A DNA stretch of 64,000 nucleotides. It comes from Candidatus Dormiibacterota bacterium. GTDB lineage: Bacteria; Chloroflexota; Dormibacteria; Aeolococcales; Bog-877. Positions 18,349 to 28,400 of this stretch are shown piece after piece; positions within the stretch are counted from its first letter, which is position 1, and each line of letters starts with the position of its first letter. The stretch lies in NCBI GenBank assembly GCA_035534915.1, contig DATLQZ010000111.1:90446-154445 (forward strand), read 5' to 3'. Made by a program: the position numbers and the translations under genes. The notes below the pieces were generated by a model. The model saw only the letters and a program-made list of their open reading frames with translations, made no database searches and was not told where the DNA came from.

Positions 18349-19578
18349 ATGATGGCTGAGCGCGGGCGTTTCAGGGCCCTGGCGCCACTTAGGGTCCGTG
18401 ACTTTGCGTTCTTCTGGAGCGGGCGGTCAGCATCGTCCGCTGGGGACGGCATTTTCACGGTCGCCCTGGCGCTGCTGGCACTGCAGCTCGATCCCAACCC
18501 GGTAGGTTTGGCCTACGTCCTGGCGGCGCGCCTGGTGCCCTCGGCGCTTCTGGCACTGGTCGGCGGAGCGGTGGTGGATCGGGTCTCTAGGCGCTCTGCA
18601 CTTCTGGCCGCCGACATCGTCCTCGGTGTGGTGGTCGCCGCGGTCGCGATCTTGCTCGCCACCCGCACCCTGGGGTTCTCCGAGCTCCTGGTTATGGCCG
18701 CGGTCTTCGGAGCGGCGGACGCCTTCAGCGGGCCGGCCGGTTCTGCCTATCTGCCCGAACTGCTCCCATCACCGCTGCTGGTCGCGGGCAATGCCCTCAA
18801 CTCCACCAGTGACCAGCTCGCGCAGGGCTTTCTTGGTCCCGCCGTGGGAGGGGCTGCCGTGGCGGCAATCGGCTTGGCGTGGGCCTTCGGTCTCGACGCC
18901 GCGAGCTTCGCCATCTCTGCCGGGTGTCTCTTTGCGATGCACGCACGATCCCGTCCGCCTCCGTCCAACCGGTCGTTTCTATCAGACGTCAGGCAGGGTG
19001 TCGACTACATCAGATCTCGGAGATGGCTGTGGCTCTTGTTGGTCGCGGCCGGAGTGGCCAACTTCGCCGGACTCGCGCCACTGGGTGTCCTGATCCCCTT
19101 GCTGGTGCGCCAGGTCCTGCACGGCAGCCCGGTCGGGCTGGGACTGGTATTTGCCGCTGGCGGAGTGGCCGGGGTGGTGGCGTCACTCTTGGCCGGGCAT
19201 CTCGGCCCTCCCAGGCGCCTCATGCTGACCATGTGGTCAGCCTACGGGGCAGCGGCTATCGCGGTGGCTGCGATGGCATTCTCTCCGGACCTGGTCACCG
19301 TGGCGGTGCTGGAAGCACTCAGTGTCGGCCTCATCGTTTACGCGGATGTCCTTTACTTTTCCATGATGCAGCAGATGGTGCAGGTAGACCTGCTCGGCCG
19401 GGTGTCATCGGTCGCCTCGCTTATGGTCACAGTAGGTATGCCCGCCGGTCTGCTGGTGGCGGGTGTAGGGGCCTCTATCTGGGGCACCCGGATCGCCTTG
19501 CTTTTGAGCGGCCTGATGTCGGCGGTCTGTGCACTTGTGGTGCTGGTTCCGGGGGCCCGCCCCGGTGAGGCTCGCTAG
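18349..19578 (+). CDS. MFS transporter (EntS/MFS_3-like)
   Basis: About 12 predicted TM segments. The N-terminus (FRALAPLRVRDFAFFWSGRSASSAGDG) is typical of this MFS subfamily. Confidence 0.88.
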   Translation: MMAERGRFRALAPLRVRDFAFFWSGRSASSAGDGIFTVALALLALQLDPNPVGLAYVLAARLVPSALLALVGGAVVDRVSRRSALLAADIVLGVVVAAVAILLATRTLGFSELLVMAAVFGAADAFSGPAGSAYLPELLPSPLLVAGNALNSTSDQLAQGFLGPAVGGAAVAAIGLAWAFGLDAASFAISAGCLFAMHARSRPPPSNRSFLSDVRQGVDYIRSRRWLWLLLVAAGVANFAGLAPLGVLIPLLVRQVLHGSPVGLGLVFAAGGVAGVVASLLAGHLGPPRRLMLTMWSAYGAAAIAVAAMAFSPDLVTVAVLEALSVGLIVYADVLYFSMMQQMVQVDLLGRVSSVASLMVTVGMPAGLLVAGVGASIWGTRIALLLSGLMSAVCALVVLVPGARPGEAR

Positions 19579-20113
19579 CCGGAAGCTGCCAACCTGGAGT
19601 GTCGGGGTGGGCTGGTTTCCCCCGGCCCCCCTGTCGCTCAGGTGGTGCGGTCGGCTTTCCTCATTCGGCGCGGCCCGGCTCTCAGGTCGAGCTGGAGGGT
19701 GGAACGGCCAGAGTCGTTGGGGCAGGTGTGCGTGGATTGGGTGGTGGTTGCTGGCGTTGTCACGGTCGCGGCGCTGGTTGTGGCGGGCGTCACCGCGGCT
19801 GCTGTCACCGTGGGCAAGGTGGTGGCGCCCACGCCGAGCCATGCTGCGGCACCTGCTCCCAGCGTGGGGACCCCGGAAGTCGGTCCCGTCACGATCAGTC
19901 TCTTCGCCTTGGGCTGTAGCATCCGCATTCCTCCCGGCCGGCTTGGGCCGCCTGACTAGACCAGCCACCTATTGGAACGGTTCACGACCACTGTCATTCA
20001 GTCCAACACCAGGGCTGGGAGCCGCGCAAGGGGGGCCGGTAGGGTGATGGGAGAAGGGGTCCAGGCGCTGCCTGGCTGACTCCAGCAACCCAGCGCCAAT
20101 CTGTCCGGTTAGG

Positions 20114-21736
20114 TCAGCTCCCGCGATGGGCCTCGTCCATCGCCATGAGCGCGACTTGGAGTGAGAGCCGGGACTCCACCGAGTCCAAGTCTACGGCCAA
20201 GATGCGCTCGATTCGGGCAAGCCGGGTGTAGAGGGTGGGGCGGCTCAGGCCGAGCGACGCAGCAGCGCTCGCCTTGTTGCCGGCGTGATCGAGCACAGCC
20301 CTGAGCGTGGGCATGAGCTCTCCCCTGGAACGCCGATCGGCAGCCAGCAGCGGCCCCAGCTCGCGCTGGCAAAACATCTCCAGGCGTGGGTCATCGCGGA
20401 GAAGGTGGAGGAGCCCGCGGACCCGAACATCGGGCAGCTGATAGAAGGGTTTTGGGGTTGGGTGACGGAGTGAATCCAACACCTGCTCAGCCTCGGCCAG
20501 TGACCTGCGGACCTCCCGCAGCGAAGCCACGCTCGAACCGAAGGCGATGACCACGTCGGGGTCACCGCTGACGGTGACCCCGACGTGGATGGCCCCCGCC
20601 AATCGGGTCATGCGGGGCAGAGGGTCTGACCCCACTGGAAACGCGGCCACCAGCAGCACCGTGCTTGCCGATATTGGGCCGACCAGGCAGCTCACCCTGG
20701 AGTTGCGAGCCGCCGCGCTAACCCGGTGTCCCAGATCTCTGACGCCGGCCTCGCTGGCCATACTCAGCTCTGGTCCATTCACGGCCGGGCGAACGCACCC
20801 GGCGACAAACTCCTGACCTTCGGAGCCCAGCCCCAGCGCTGCGGCCCGGGCGCGCAGGGCCGAAGCGGTCTGGCTCCCCGCTATCAGGTCAGCCAGGAAA
20901 GATCTCTGGGCCTGCATCTCCAGGGTCTCCCGGTCGCGCTCCACCAACCTGTTGAGCGCCAGCCCGACCGCGGCTTGGTCGAGAACGGTGCGACTGCGAA
21001 GCGAGGGGTCGGCAGTCGGCTCTAACATTGCCAGAAGCGCCCACGTCTCACCGCGAGCTCCGACTGACGTGACAAGCCATGTGGGTGGGCCTGGGATGGA
21101 GCGGGTTCGGCCGGAGACTGGAATCCCGTCCGCCACATCTCGCCAACTGGCTAGGGTGGCGGCGGAGTCGACATCGCCGGTCTCAATCGCCATGACTTCG
21201 CGACCGCGGCTCGAGAGCAGCACCGGTCGATGCGCCATCTGGGCTGCTCGGCGGACTATGTCGGCGGCGGAGGCTCCCTCCACGGCCAACTCCGTGAACG
21301 TCTCGTGGATCTCCTGGCTCGCCTGAAGCGCCGCCAGCTGGGCGTTGATGATGAAGCTGTGCGCCTCTTCGGTCACCTTCACGAATTTGACCTCACGCCG
21401 CAGCAGAATCAGGGGAAAGTCGGCGCGGTCGGCGGCACGTGTCATTGGGTGCGGGACGCGCTCGAACCGCCTGCCGGCTTCCACCACCAGCCCGGCCGCC
21501 CGGACCGCGGCCAGGCTCTCGACGTAGCGGGCGAGAGCCTGGCCAGAGGCATCCAGAGCGATCCCGGTTGTGAGCAGCAGCTCTCCTCCGGTCAAGAGGT
21601 GAGCGATGTCGCCGAGCTCGCTGACGTGCACCCACCGCACCTGCCGATCCAAGCCGGTCTTGCCAGCCACGATCTCGGGTCGACCTAGTGACAGTTCAGG
21701 GAGAGCCAGGATTTCTGCGACCGTGGGGGACTCCAT
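20114..21736 (-). CDS. PucR/CdaR-family transcriptional regulator
   Basis: PucR-type N-terminal domain (LPELSLGRPEIVAGKTGLDRQVRWVHVSE) and C-terminal HTH (AAASLGLSRPTLYTRLARIERIL). Confidence 0.9.
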   Translation of the reverse strand: MESPTVAEILALPELSLGRPEIVAGKTGLDRQVRWVHVSELGDIAHLLTGGELLLTTGIALDASGQALARYVESLAAVRAAGLVVEAGRRFERVPHPMTRAADRADFPLILLRREVKFVKVTEEAHSFIINAQLAALQASQEIHETFTELAVEGASAADIVRRAAQMAHRPVLLSSRGREVMAIETGDVDSAATLASWRDVADGIPVSGRTRSIPGPPTWLVTSVGARGETWALLAMLEPTADPSLRSRTVLDQAAVGLALNRLVERDRETLEMQAQRSFLADLIAGSQTASALRARAAALGLGSEGQEFVAGCVRPAVNGPELSMASEAGVRDLGHRVSAAARNSRVSCLVGPISASTVLLVAAFPVGSDPLPRMTRLAGAIHVGVTVSGDPDVVIAFGSSVASLREVRRSLAEAEQVLDSLRHPTPKPFYQLPDVRVRGLLHLLRDDPRLEMFCQRELGPLLAADRRSRGELMPTLRAVLDHAGNKASAAASLGLSRPTLYTRLARIERILAVDLDSVESRLSLQVALMAMDEAHRGS

Positions 21737-21834
21737 CTCTTTCGAAACTCCGATCCTCAGCGGCAGGTGAAAGTTGGTAGGCAGTCGGACATGGCAGCGG
21801 GTGGCGGCGGGGGCGGCATTGGAACAGTCTACCT

Positions 21835-21871
21835 TACACCATGTAATACACCGACCCGTTAAAGCTACACC
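21835..21871. promoter_or_regulatory. three TACACC hexamers in the PucR / mmsA divergent intergenic region (candidate operator)
   Basis: cttACACCatgtaaTACACCgacccgttaaagcTACACCttgactcttgacaacg. Hexamers start at about 21835, 21847 and 21866, immediately upstream of a TTGACA. Confidence 0.25.
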
Positions 21872-21976
21872 TTGACTCTTGACAACGAGGCGGCTCCAAG
21901 CGACGATCAGCGTTGAACCAGGTAGCTGACGCAGTGCGTACTGTAGTGGTGGTACCGAGGTATCGACTCAGGAGGC

Positions 21977-23527
21977 TTGCAGGTGACTCAGCTCGTCAAT
22001 CCAACATCAGCGGCTGGGCCAGGCCTCAGCCATCCCGGCCTACCGGTCATTCCTCACTTCGTGTCCGGTAAGAGGGAGGAGGGAAGGTCGGATCGCCGCG
22101 GACTGGTCTTCAACCCCGCCCTGGGGGTGGCCGCGAAGGAGGTTCCCTTGGCAACCGCCGCAGAGGTGGACCGGGTGGTTCTGTCAGCGCTGGCAGCGGG
22201 GGAGGTCTGGGGAAACTTCAGTCTCTCCCGCCGATCGGAGGTGATGTTCTCGTTTCGCGAGCTGTTGGTCAGGCACCGGGAGGAGCTGGCTGCCCTGATC
22301 ACCGAAGAGCACGGCAAGGTGCGCTCGGACGCGTTGGGTGAGGTTGCACGGGGCACCGAGAACGTTGAATTCGCGTGCGGGCTCACACATCTCCTCAAGG
22401 GTGGGCACAGTCTGGACGCGTCGACCGGGGTCGACGTCCACGAACAGCGCCAGCCCGTCGGGGTGGTGGCGGGGATCACGCCCTTCAATTTTCCCGTCAT
22501 GGTTCCTCTTTGGATGCTGAGCAACGCCATCGCCTGTGGTAACTCCTTCATCCTCAAGCCGAGTGAGAAGGACCCCAGCGCTGCGGTCTTGCTGGCAGAG
22601 CTGTTCCTGGAGGCGGGCCTTCCGCCCGGGGTTCTGAACGTGGTCCACGGAGACCAGGTTGCGGTAGGAAGACTGTTGGAACACCCGGATGTGGCCGCGA
22701 TCAGCTTTGTCGGTTCGACCCCCATCGCCCGCTCCATCTACTCGAGGGCGGCTGCTGCCGGCAAGCGGGTCCAGGCGCTGGGCGGTGCCAAAAACCATAT
22801 GGTGGTGCTGCCCGACGCAGACTTAGATCTCACCGCAGATGCGGCGGTCTCTGCCGCGTACGGCTCAGCCGGAGAGCGGTGCATGGCCGTCTCGGTGGTG
22901 GTGGCGGTGGGGGCGGTCGCCGATCCTCTGGTTGCAGCCATAGCCAGTCGCATCCGCGCTCTCGCCATTGGGCCTGGAGACGACCCCCGGTCAGAGATGG
23001 GCCCACTCGTGACCGAGCAGCATCGCGATCGAGTCGCATCGTACGTCGACATCGGACGGGAGGAGGGGGCCCGGGTGGTGGTGGATGGTCGAGAGCGGCA
23101 GTTCCAGGGTCAGGGGTTCTTCCTGGGAGCGTCTCTGCTGGACGCGGTGCGCCCGGGGATGAGGGTGTACGAGGACGAGATCTTCGGACCTGTGCTGGGG
23201 GTTGTCAGGGTGGACACCTACGAAGAGGCGCTGCGGGTCGTCAACGAGAACACCTACGGCAATGGGGTCGCCATATTCACCAGGGATGGGGGGGCCGCCC
23301 GCACCTTCTCCCGGGATGTGGAGGCGGGGATGGTTGGCGTAAACGTCCCAATTCCGGTTCCAGTTGGCTTCTACTCGTTTGGCGGCTGGAAGCAGTCCCT
23401 GTTCGGCGACACCCACATGTATGGGCCGGAAGGGATTCACTTCTACACGAGGACCAAAGTCATCACCACCAGGTGGCCCGACCCCAGTTCCAGCCAGGTC
23501 GATCTGGGGTTCCCAAGGACCAGATGA
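21977..23527 (+). CDS. mmsA: CoA-acylating methylmalonate-semialdehyde dehydrogenase
   Basis: ALDH superfamily with MmsA-type features (FNFPVMVPLWM, catalytic Cys AGERCMA, C-terminal GWKQSLFGD...GPEGIHFYT). SD ggagg before the start. Confidence 0.88.
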   Translation: MQVTQLVNPTSAAGPGLSHPGLPVIPHFVSGKREEGRSDRRGLVFNPALGVAAKEVPLATAAEVDRVVLSALAAGEVWGNFSLSRRSEVMFSFRELLVRHREELAALITEEHGKVRSDALGEVARGTENVEFACGLTHLLKGGHSLDASTGVDVHEQRQPVGVVAGITPFNFPVMVPLWMLSNAIACGNSFILKPSEKDPSAAVLLAELFLEAGLPPGVLNVVHGDQVAVGRLLEHPDVAAISFVGSTPIARSIYSRAAAAGKRVQALGGAKNHMVVLPDADLDLTADAAVSAAYGSAGERCMAVSVVVAVGAVADPLVAAIASRIRALAIGPGDDPRSEMGPLVTEQHRDRVASYVDIGREEGARVVVDGRERQFQGQGFFLGASLLDAVRPGMRVYEDEIFGPVLGVVRVDTYEEALRVVNENTYGNGVAIFTRDGGAARTFSRDVEAGMVGVNVPIPVPVGFYSFGGWKQSLFGDTHMYGPEGIHFYTRTKVITTRWPDPSSSQVDLGFPRTR

Positions 23528-24903
23528 TGGGGGAGAGCGAGGGACAGGTGCGGCGGGATGACAGCGAGCATGTCTTCCACTCCTGGTCGGCACAGCGAGA
23601 CTTGAATTCGTTGCCAATAGAGGGTGCAGCCGGCTGCTTCTTCTGGGATTATCAGGGTCACCGCTACCTCGACTTCGCCTCCCAGTTGGTATACGCCAAC
23701 TTGGGGCATCAGCACCCAGCGCTGCTGGACGCGATCAAGAAGCAGGCCGCTACCCTGTGCACCGTCGGACCGTCGTTCGCGAATGCCGCCAGGGGTGAGC
23801 TCGCCCGTCTCATTGCGGAGCGAGCTCCCGGCGACCTCAACCATGTCTTCTTCACCAACGGTGGCACCGAGGCCAACGAGCACGCGATTAGAATGGCCCG
23901 CCTGCATACCGGACGGGTGAAGGTACTGAGTGCTTACCGGAGCTACCATGGCGCCACCGCCGCCTCTATCGCCGCGACCGGAGAGCCTCGCAGATGGGGC
24001 AGCGAACCAGGGATGCCGGGGATCGTGCACTTCCTCGGACCCTACCGGTATCGGTCGTCATTCGGGGCCCAAACGGATGAGCAGGAAGCCCATCTGGCCC
24101 TTGCGCATCTCCGGCAGGTTCTGGAGTTTGAGGGTCCCCAAAGTGTGGCGGCGATCCTGCTCGAGACTGTCGTTGGCACGAACGGGGTCCTGGTGCCGCC
24201 GGCAGGCTACCTGGCTGGAGTCAGACAGCTCTGCGACGAGTTTGGGATCGTCATGATCTGCGACGAGGTCATGGTCGGCTTCGGTCGGATTGGCGAGTGG
24301 TTCGCGGTGCAGGCCTGGGGGGTAGTGCCGGACCTGATCACCTTCGCAAAAGGGGTTAACTCCGGATACGTCCCCCTCGGCGGGGTGGTGATCTCCGAGC
24401 GGATCCGTGCCACCTTCATGGATCGTCCGTACCCGGGTGGCCTCACCTACTCGGGACACCCCTTGGCGTGCGCTGTTGGTGTGGCCAGCATTCGGTTTTT
24501 TGAACACACCGACCTTCTAGCTCATGTGCGCGAGATGGGGGAGACCGTAGTGGGGCCCGCGCTCGAGCAGATCGCCGCCCGTCACCCGAGTGTCGGAGAG
24601 GTCCGCGGCCGCGGCCTCATGTGGGCCGTTGAGCTGGTCCGGGACCGGGATACCAAAGAGATGATGGTCCCGTTCAACGCGAGCGGCCAGGAGAACCAGC
24701 CGATGGCAAGGCTCGCCCTGCGCTGTCGGGAGCTTGGCGTCTGGCCGTTCACGCACTTCAACCGGCTGCACATCGCGCCACCGCTGGTGATAAGCCGCAC
24801 GGAGCTGCAGCAAGGCTTGGAGGCTGTGGACCAAGCACTCCTGGTGGCCGACGCGTATTGCTCGAAGTCGGGGGTCCGCACAGCCGAACCAATCTTTGTC
24901 TAA
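23524..24903 (+). CDS. class III (omega) aminotransferase, beta-alanine/aminobutyrate:pyruvate-type
   Basis: Start at the ATG overlapping the mmsA stop (ATGA). Motifs FTNGGTEANE, CDEVMVGFGRIGEWF and FAKGVNSGYVPLGG. The 215 upstream codons of the tracked ORF overlap mmsA and are Gly/Arg-rich. Confidence 0.9.
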   Translation: MMGESEGQVRRDDSEHVFHSWSAQRDLNSLPIEGAAGCFFWDYQGHRYLDFASQLVYANLGHQHPALLDAIKKQAATLCTVGPSFANAARGELARLIAERAPGDLNHVFFTNGGTEANEHAIRMARLHTGRVKVLSAYRSYHGATAASIAATGEPRRWGSEPGMPGIVHFLGPYRYRSSFGAQTDEQEAHLALAHLRQVLEFEGPQSVAAILLETVVGTNGVLVPPAGYLAGVRQLCDEFGIVMICDEVMVGFGRIGEWFAVQAWGVVPDLITFAKGVNSGYVPLGGVVISERIRATFMDRPYPGGLTYSGHPLACAVGVASIRFFEHTDLLAHVREMGETVVGPALEQIAARHPSVGEVRGRGLMWAVELVRDRDTKEMMVPFNASGQENQPMARLALRCRELGVWPFTHFNRLHIAPPLVISRTELQQGLEAVDQALLVADAYCSKSGVRTAEPIFV

Positions 24904-25461
24904 TCAGGGGCTATCTTGCGCTCAGGTAGTCCTCGCGCTCGGGAGCAGCCAGAGGAGTGCCTGGGCCATCAGATGCAACATGACCATGGGCGTGGTGGCG
25001 ATCGAGCTTTGGTCGAGCGAGCATCTCCATTCCGGCGGTTAGCAAGGCATCTTCCGCTTTGTGTCCCACCTCTCCGTGCTCCAAGCGACCAGATGACTCC
25101 CTCGCTCTGTTACCCCCAGCAACAGGTTGCGTATCGCATCCCACAGTTCCCCGCGGCCTGAAGTTTCGACAGCGTGGAGGGCGGCGGCTCCGGCTCGACG
25201 AACTTGGGGTCGGCTTCTCGCTGGTCCGAGACGGCTGCGAGGCGCTTTATCCCGGCTGGGGAAATAGAGCGGCATTCCACTTGAGCAGCCGGTCGAAATC
25301 CGATTGGTCTGGCCGGGCACCGTAGCCAGCTATATCCATTGCTACCCATGTCGCGACCGGGGGCGGGCTCTGGGTCGCGACAGCGCTGGGCAACCGGCGG
25401 ACTTTCGACCGCGGTGTTCACCCTATGTGTGAGTCTGAGGCACACTCTGGTGGGAACGAGC

Positions 25462-28400
25462 CTATTGTTGCCAGCCCACCACGTCAACAACCAGGTCGGC
25501 CCGGCCCTGCGGCAGGTAGAAGTCCAAGGCGCCATCGGATCCCAGGGTGGCCGTCACCCCACTGGCCACTGTTTCTCCTGCCGCCCAGTTGAGGTTGGAA
25601 GTGAACGGTCGCGGTACGCCGTCCGGATAAACGGCCAGGTAGTCGGGCGCGTTGGTGTCGGTCACCGTCACGTTGAGGACAATAGCGGTAGCCGAGAGAG
25701 GCACGCCCCCAACGCCGGTCACCTGGAGAACAAAGACGGTGCCACCCTGGAGGGTGTGCCCGGTACAGGCATCGGTGAGGCCCGAACTTGACGTCGGCCG
25801 CGTGTCGCAAATGCGATAGGGAACCATGGGTACGAAATAACTCGCCCCCGTTGGCGAGGAGGGTGGGCTCGCGTAATAGCCGGCAACGTCGACGACCACG
25901 TCGGTGCCGCCATTAGCGTTGTAGATGTTTACCGTGCCGTTGCTACCGACCGCCGCTATCACCCCATTGGGGATTGTCTGGCCAGCTGAGAAATTCACGT
26001 TGGACGCCAGTGGCTGCGGTTGTCCGGCCGGCCATACGGCGAGCCAGCTGGGCGCTGTCGCGTTCGTAGCCGTGACTGTCAGGGCAACCGCGATCACGCC
26101 TGTAGCAGGTACCCCTCCCGAGGCCGTCCCAGATGGGTTGGTGCCGGTAACCTGGATAGTCAAGGTGCCACCGGGTCCAACCGTGCGGCCCTGGCATTGG
26201 GCATTGGCACCTGTGAGGTTGGAAGGATTGCCCGCCCGGGTATCGCAGACTCGGTACGGGGAGAGCGGTACATAGGGCCCGCCGCTCGCTGAAGTTGAGT
26301 CCATCCATCCCTCAACGTCGACAACCACGTCGGCCTGCCCATTGGAGTTGTACAGGCTGATGGTGCCCCCTGGGCCCAAGGCAACGGTCACCAGGTTCGC
26401 CACGGTCTGTCCCGGGGACCAGTTGACGCTTGAGGAAAGTGGCATTGAGCCTCCCGCGGGCCACACGGCGAGCCAGCTCGGGGCGGTGGTGTCGGTCGAA
26501 GTGATGTTGAGAACGACTGCCGTAGCACTGGCGGGGACCCCTCCGGAAGTCGTCCCCGAAGGATTGGTCCCGCCCACTTGGATGTTGAGCTGGCTGCCAG
26601 GACCGAAGGTCTGTCCCGCACACTGGGCGTTGACGCCCGCGAGATTGGATGGGTTTCCGGCCCTGGTGTCGCAAATGCGGTATGGCGTCAGCGGGTTGTA
26701 GGTGGCCGGGTTCGGGGCAGTCGGAACGATGGCTGCGGATTGCGGGGACGGCGGACCGGTCCCGACGGCGTTGACTCCCGCAACGGTGAACGTGTAGGAG
26801 GTGCCGTTGGTCAGGCCAACGGCGGTGTACGTCGGGTACACGGATCCGGTGTCTATTGGAGTCTGCGCAACCCCCCCGACGTACGGGGTGACGATGTATG
26901 ACGTGGTCGCGGAAGTAGACTGGTTGGGCGGCAGGGCCCAAGAGAGGCTTACCGCGGACGGCTCGCCTATTCCTGTCGGCTGAGACGGAGCCAGCGGGGC
27001 GCTTGCCCCAAAGGTATAAGTCTGTTGATCAAAAACCTGGCCCGCGGCGTTGGTAGGGCTGACGGTCACCTGGCTGCCGCTCACGGTTACACGAAGGAAG
27101 TTGTACACCTGTGCTGCGGACTGAGGGACGGGCACGTTACTGGTAGCGACGCCATTAGTGACGCCGCAACTGGAACCCACCCCGGGCAGCGTGGTCGGAT
27201 CCCACCCGAGGGCGTACAAAGAACTCATTCCCTGGACGTTACTGCCGCAGGTTACCGGCGACGGAGTCCCGCCGCCGCCTCCGGTGACGTAGTTGATGAG
27301 CTGGCCCGTTCCGGAAGGATCGACCCGCTGATACGTATGGGCGTGCCCATTGAACGCGATGTAGACCCCGTTGTCAGCCAGCAGTGTTTCGAGGCTACCC
27401 TGCGCGCCGTTCGGGTTGGCCGAGCTGTTCTGTAGATACGTGTCGGACAGCTGGCTTGAGCCATCGGAGCGGAGGGGATAGTGCCACACCACGAACTTGA
27501 TCCCCCCTGGGTGGGCCGCGAGATCCTGCCGCAGCCAATCGTATTCGGCGGAGTTGGCCTGCCAGTGGGCCGCGGCGTCGATCTGATACGGGCCGCCCGG
27601 AGCGGCGCCGGCGTTGGTGTCGGCCCAGGCTACCTGGAGTACGTAGACGCGGACGTTCCCGGTGGAGAATGCATACCAGTCGCTAGGGTAGGTCGCGGGC
27701 TGGCTGCCGAGGATGCTCGGATATGACACCGGCCCGTAAAGCCCGCCGCTGGTGGTCGCTGTCGCCGACTCCGGCCAGATTCGGAGGGGGTCGACACTGC
27801 TCAGACCGTGATTGCCATCGGTGTAGAATGCTGGGACCCCACCGGTCTGCGGCCAGTAGCTCGGACCGAAGAAGGTGCTCACCTCGGGATTGCTCGCATT
27901 GCCCGTTTGCTGGAGGTCGCCGTACCTCTTATTGAGCCCACTTGGATAGGCCACGTCTCCAGCCAGTAGTAGGAACCGCGCGCCGGATTGCCCAATGAGA
28001 TGATCGATTGCGGCCTGGTCGGGGTTGACGTAGTTGGGAGCCCCGGCGGACGGGATGGGGAAGGGCTGGGTGGCGTTTGCTAAGTTTTCGCCCGTGTCGG
28101 CCATCACGTCGAACGTGAGAGGTGCCGTCGATGAAGTGTTGGGCGGGTCGAGGGTAGTAAAGGACTGGCTCGGGTTGGACCCTAGTAGGTCAACTGGAGT
28201 CTTGACTATTCCCACATATTGATAACCAACAGGGCGATAGCAATACGTCGTGCCGGCCGTCAGCCCCGTGAGCTGCACGGTCGCTTGGTACTCCGACCTG
28301 TTGAGTACCGCGAACTCTAGGGAAGTAGTCGTGGGGGTGGTAGCGCTTGCAGGCACAGAGGGCGGAAGCGACCCGGGGACCAGAGCCCGGTTTGCGACGC

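Noticed and set aside
19579-20113. Mirror-image ORFs between the convergent MFS and PucR genes. They are 19642..19959 (+), which is Val/Ala-rich, and 19638..19928 (-), which is Thr/Ala-rich with gggagga before an internal ATG.
   Set aside because: Both frames have similar GC3 and low-complexity composition, with no recognisable domain or signal peptide. I cannot decide which strand is coding, if either.
22879-23523. 215-codon N-terminal extension of the aminotransferase ORF.
   Set aside because: It is Gly/Arg-rich nonsense overlapping the well-supported mmsA frame. The aminotransferase homology starts at the ATG overlapping the mmsA stop.
24904-25461. Fragmentary minus-strand ORF pieces in three frames (MDIAGYGARPDQSDFDRLLKWNAALFPQPG, ELWDAIRNLLLGV..., EHGEVGHKAEDALL...) that might be a badly decayed gene.
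   Set aside because: I could not match the pieces to any family with confidence. The apparent continuity could be chance. A blastx search would settle it.
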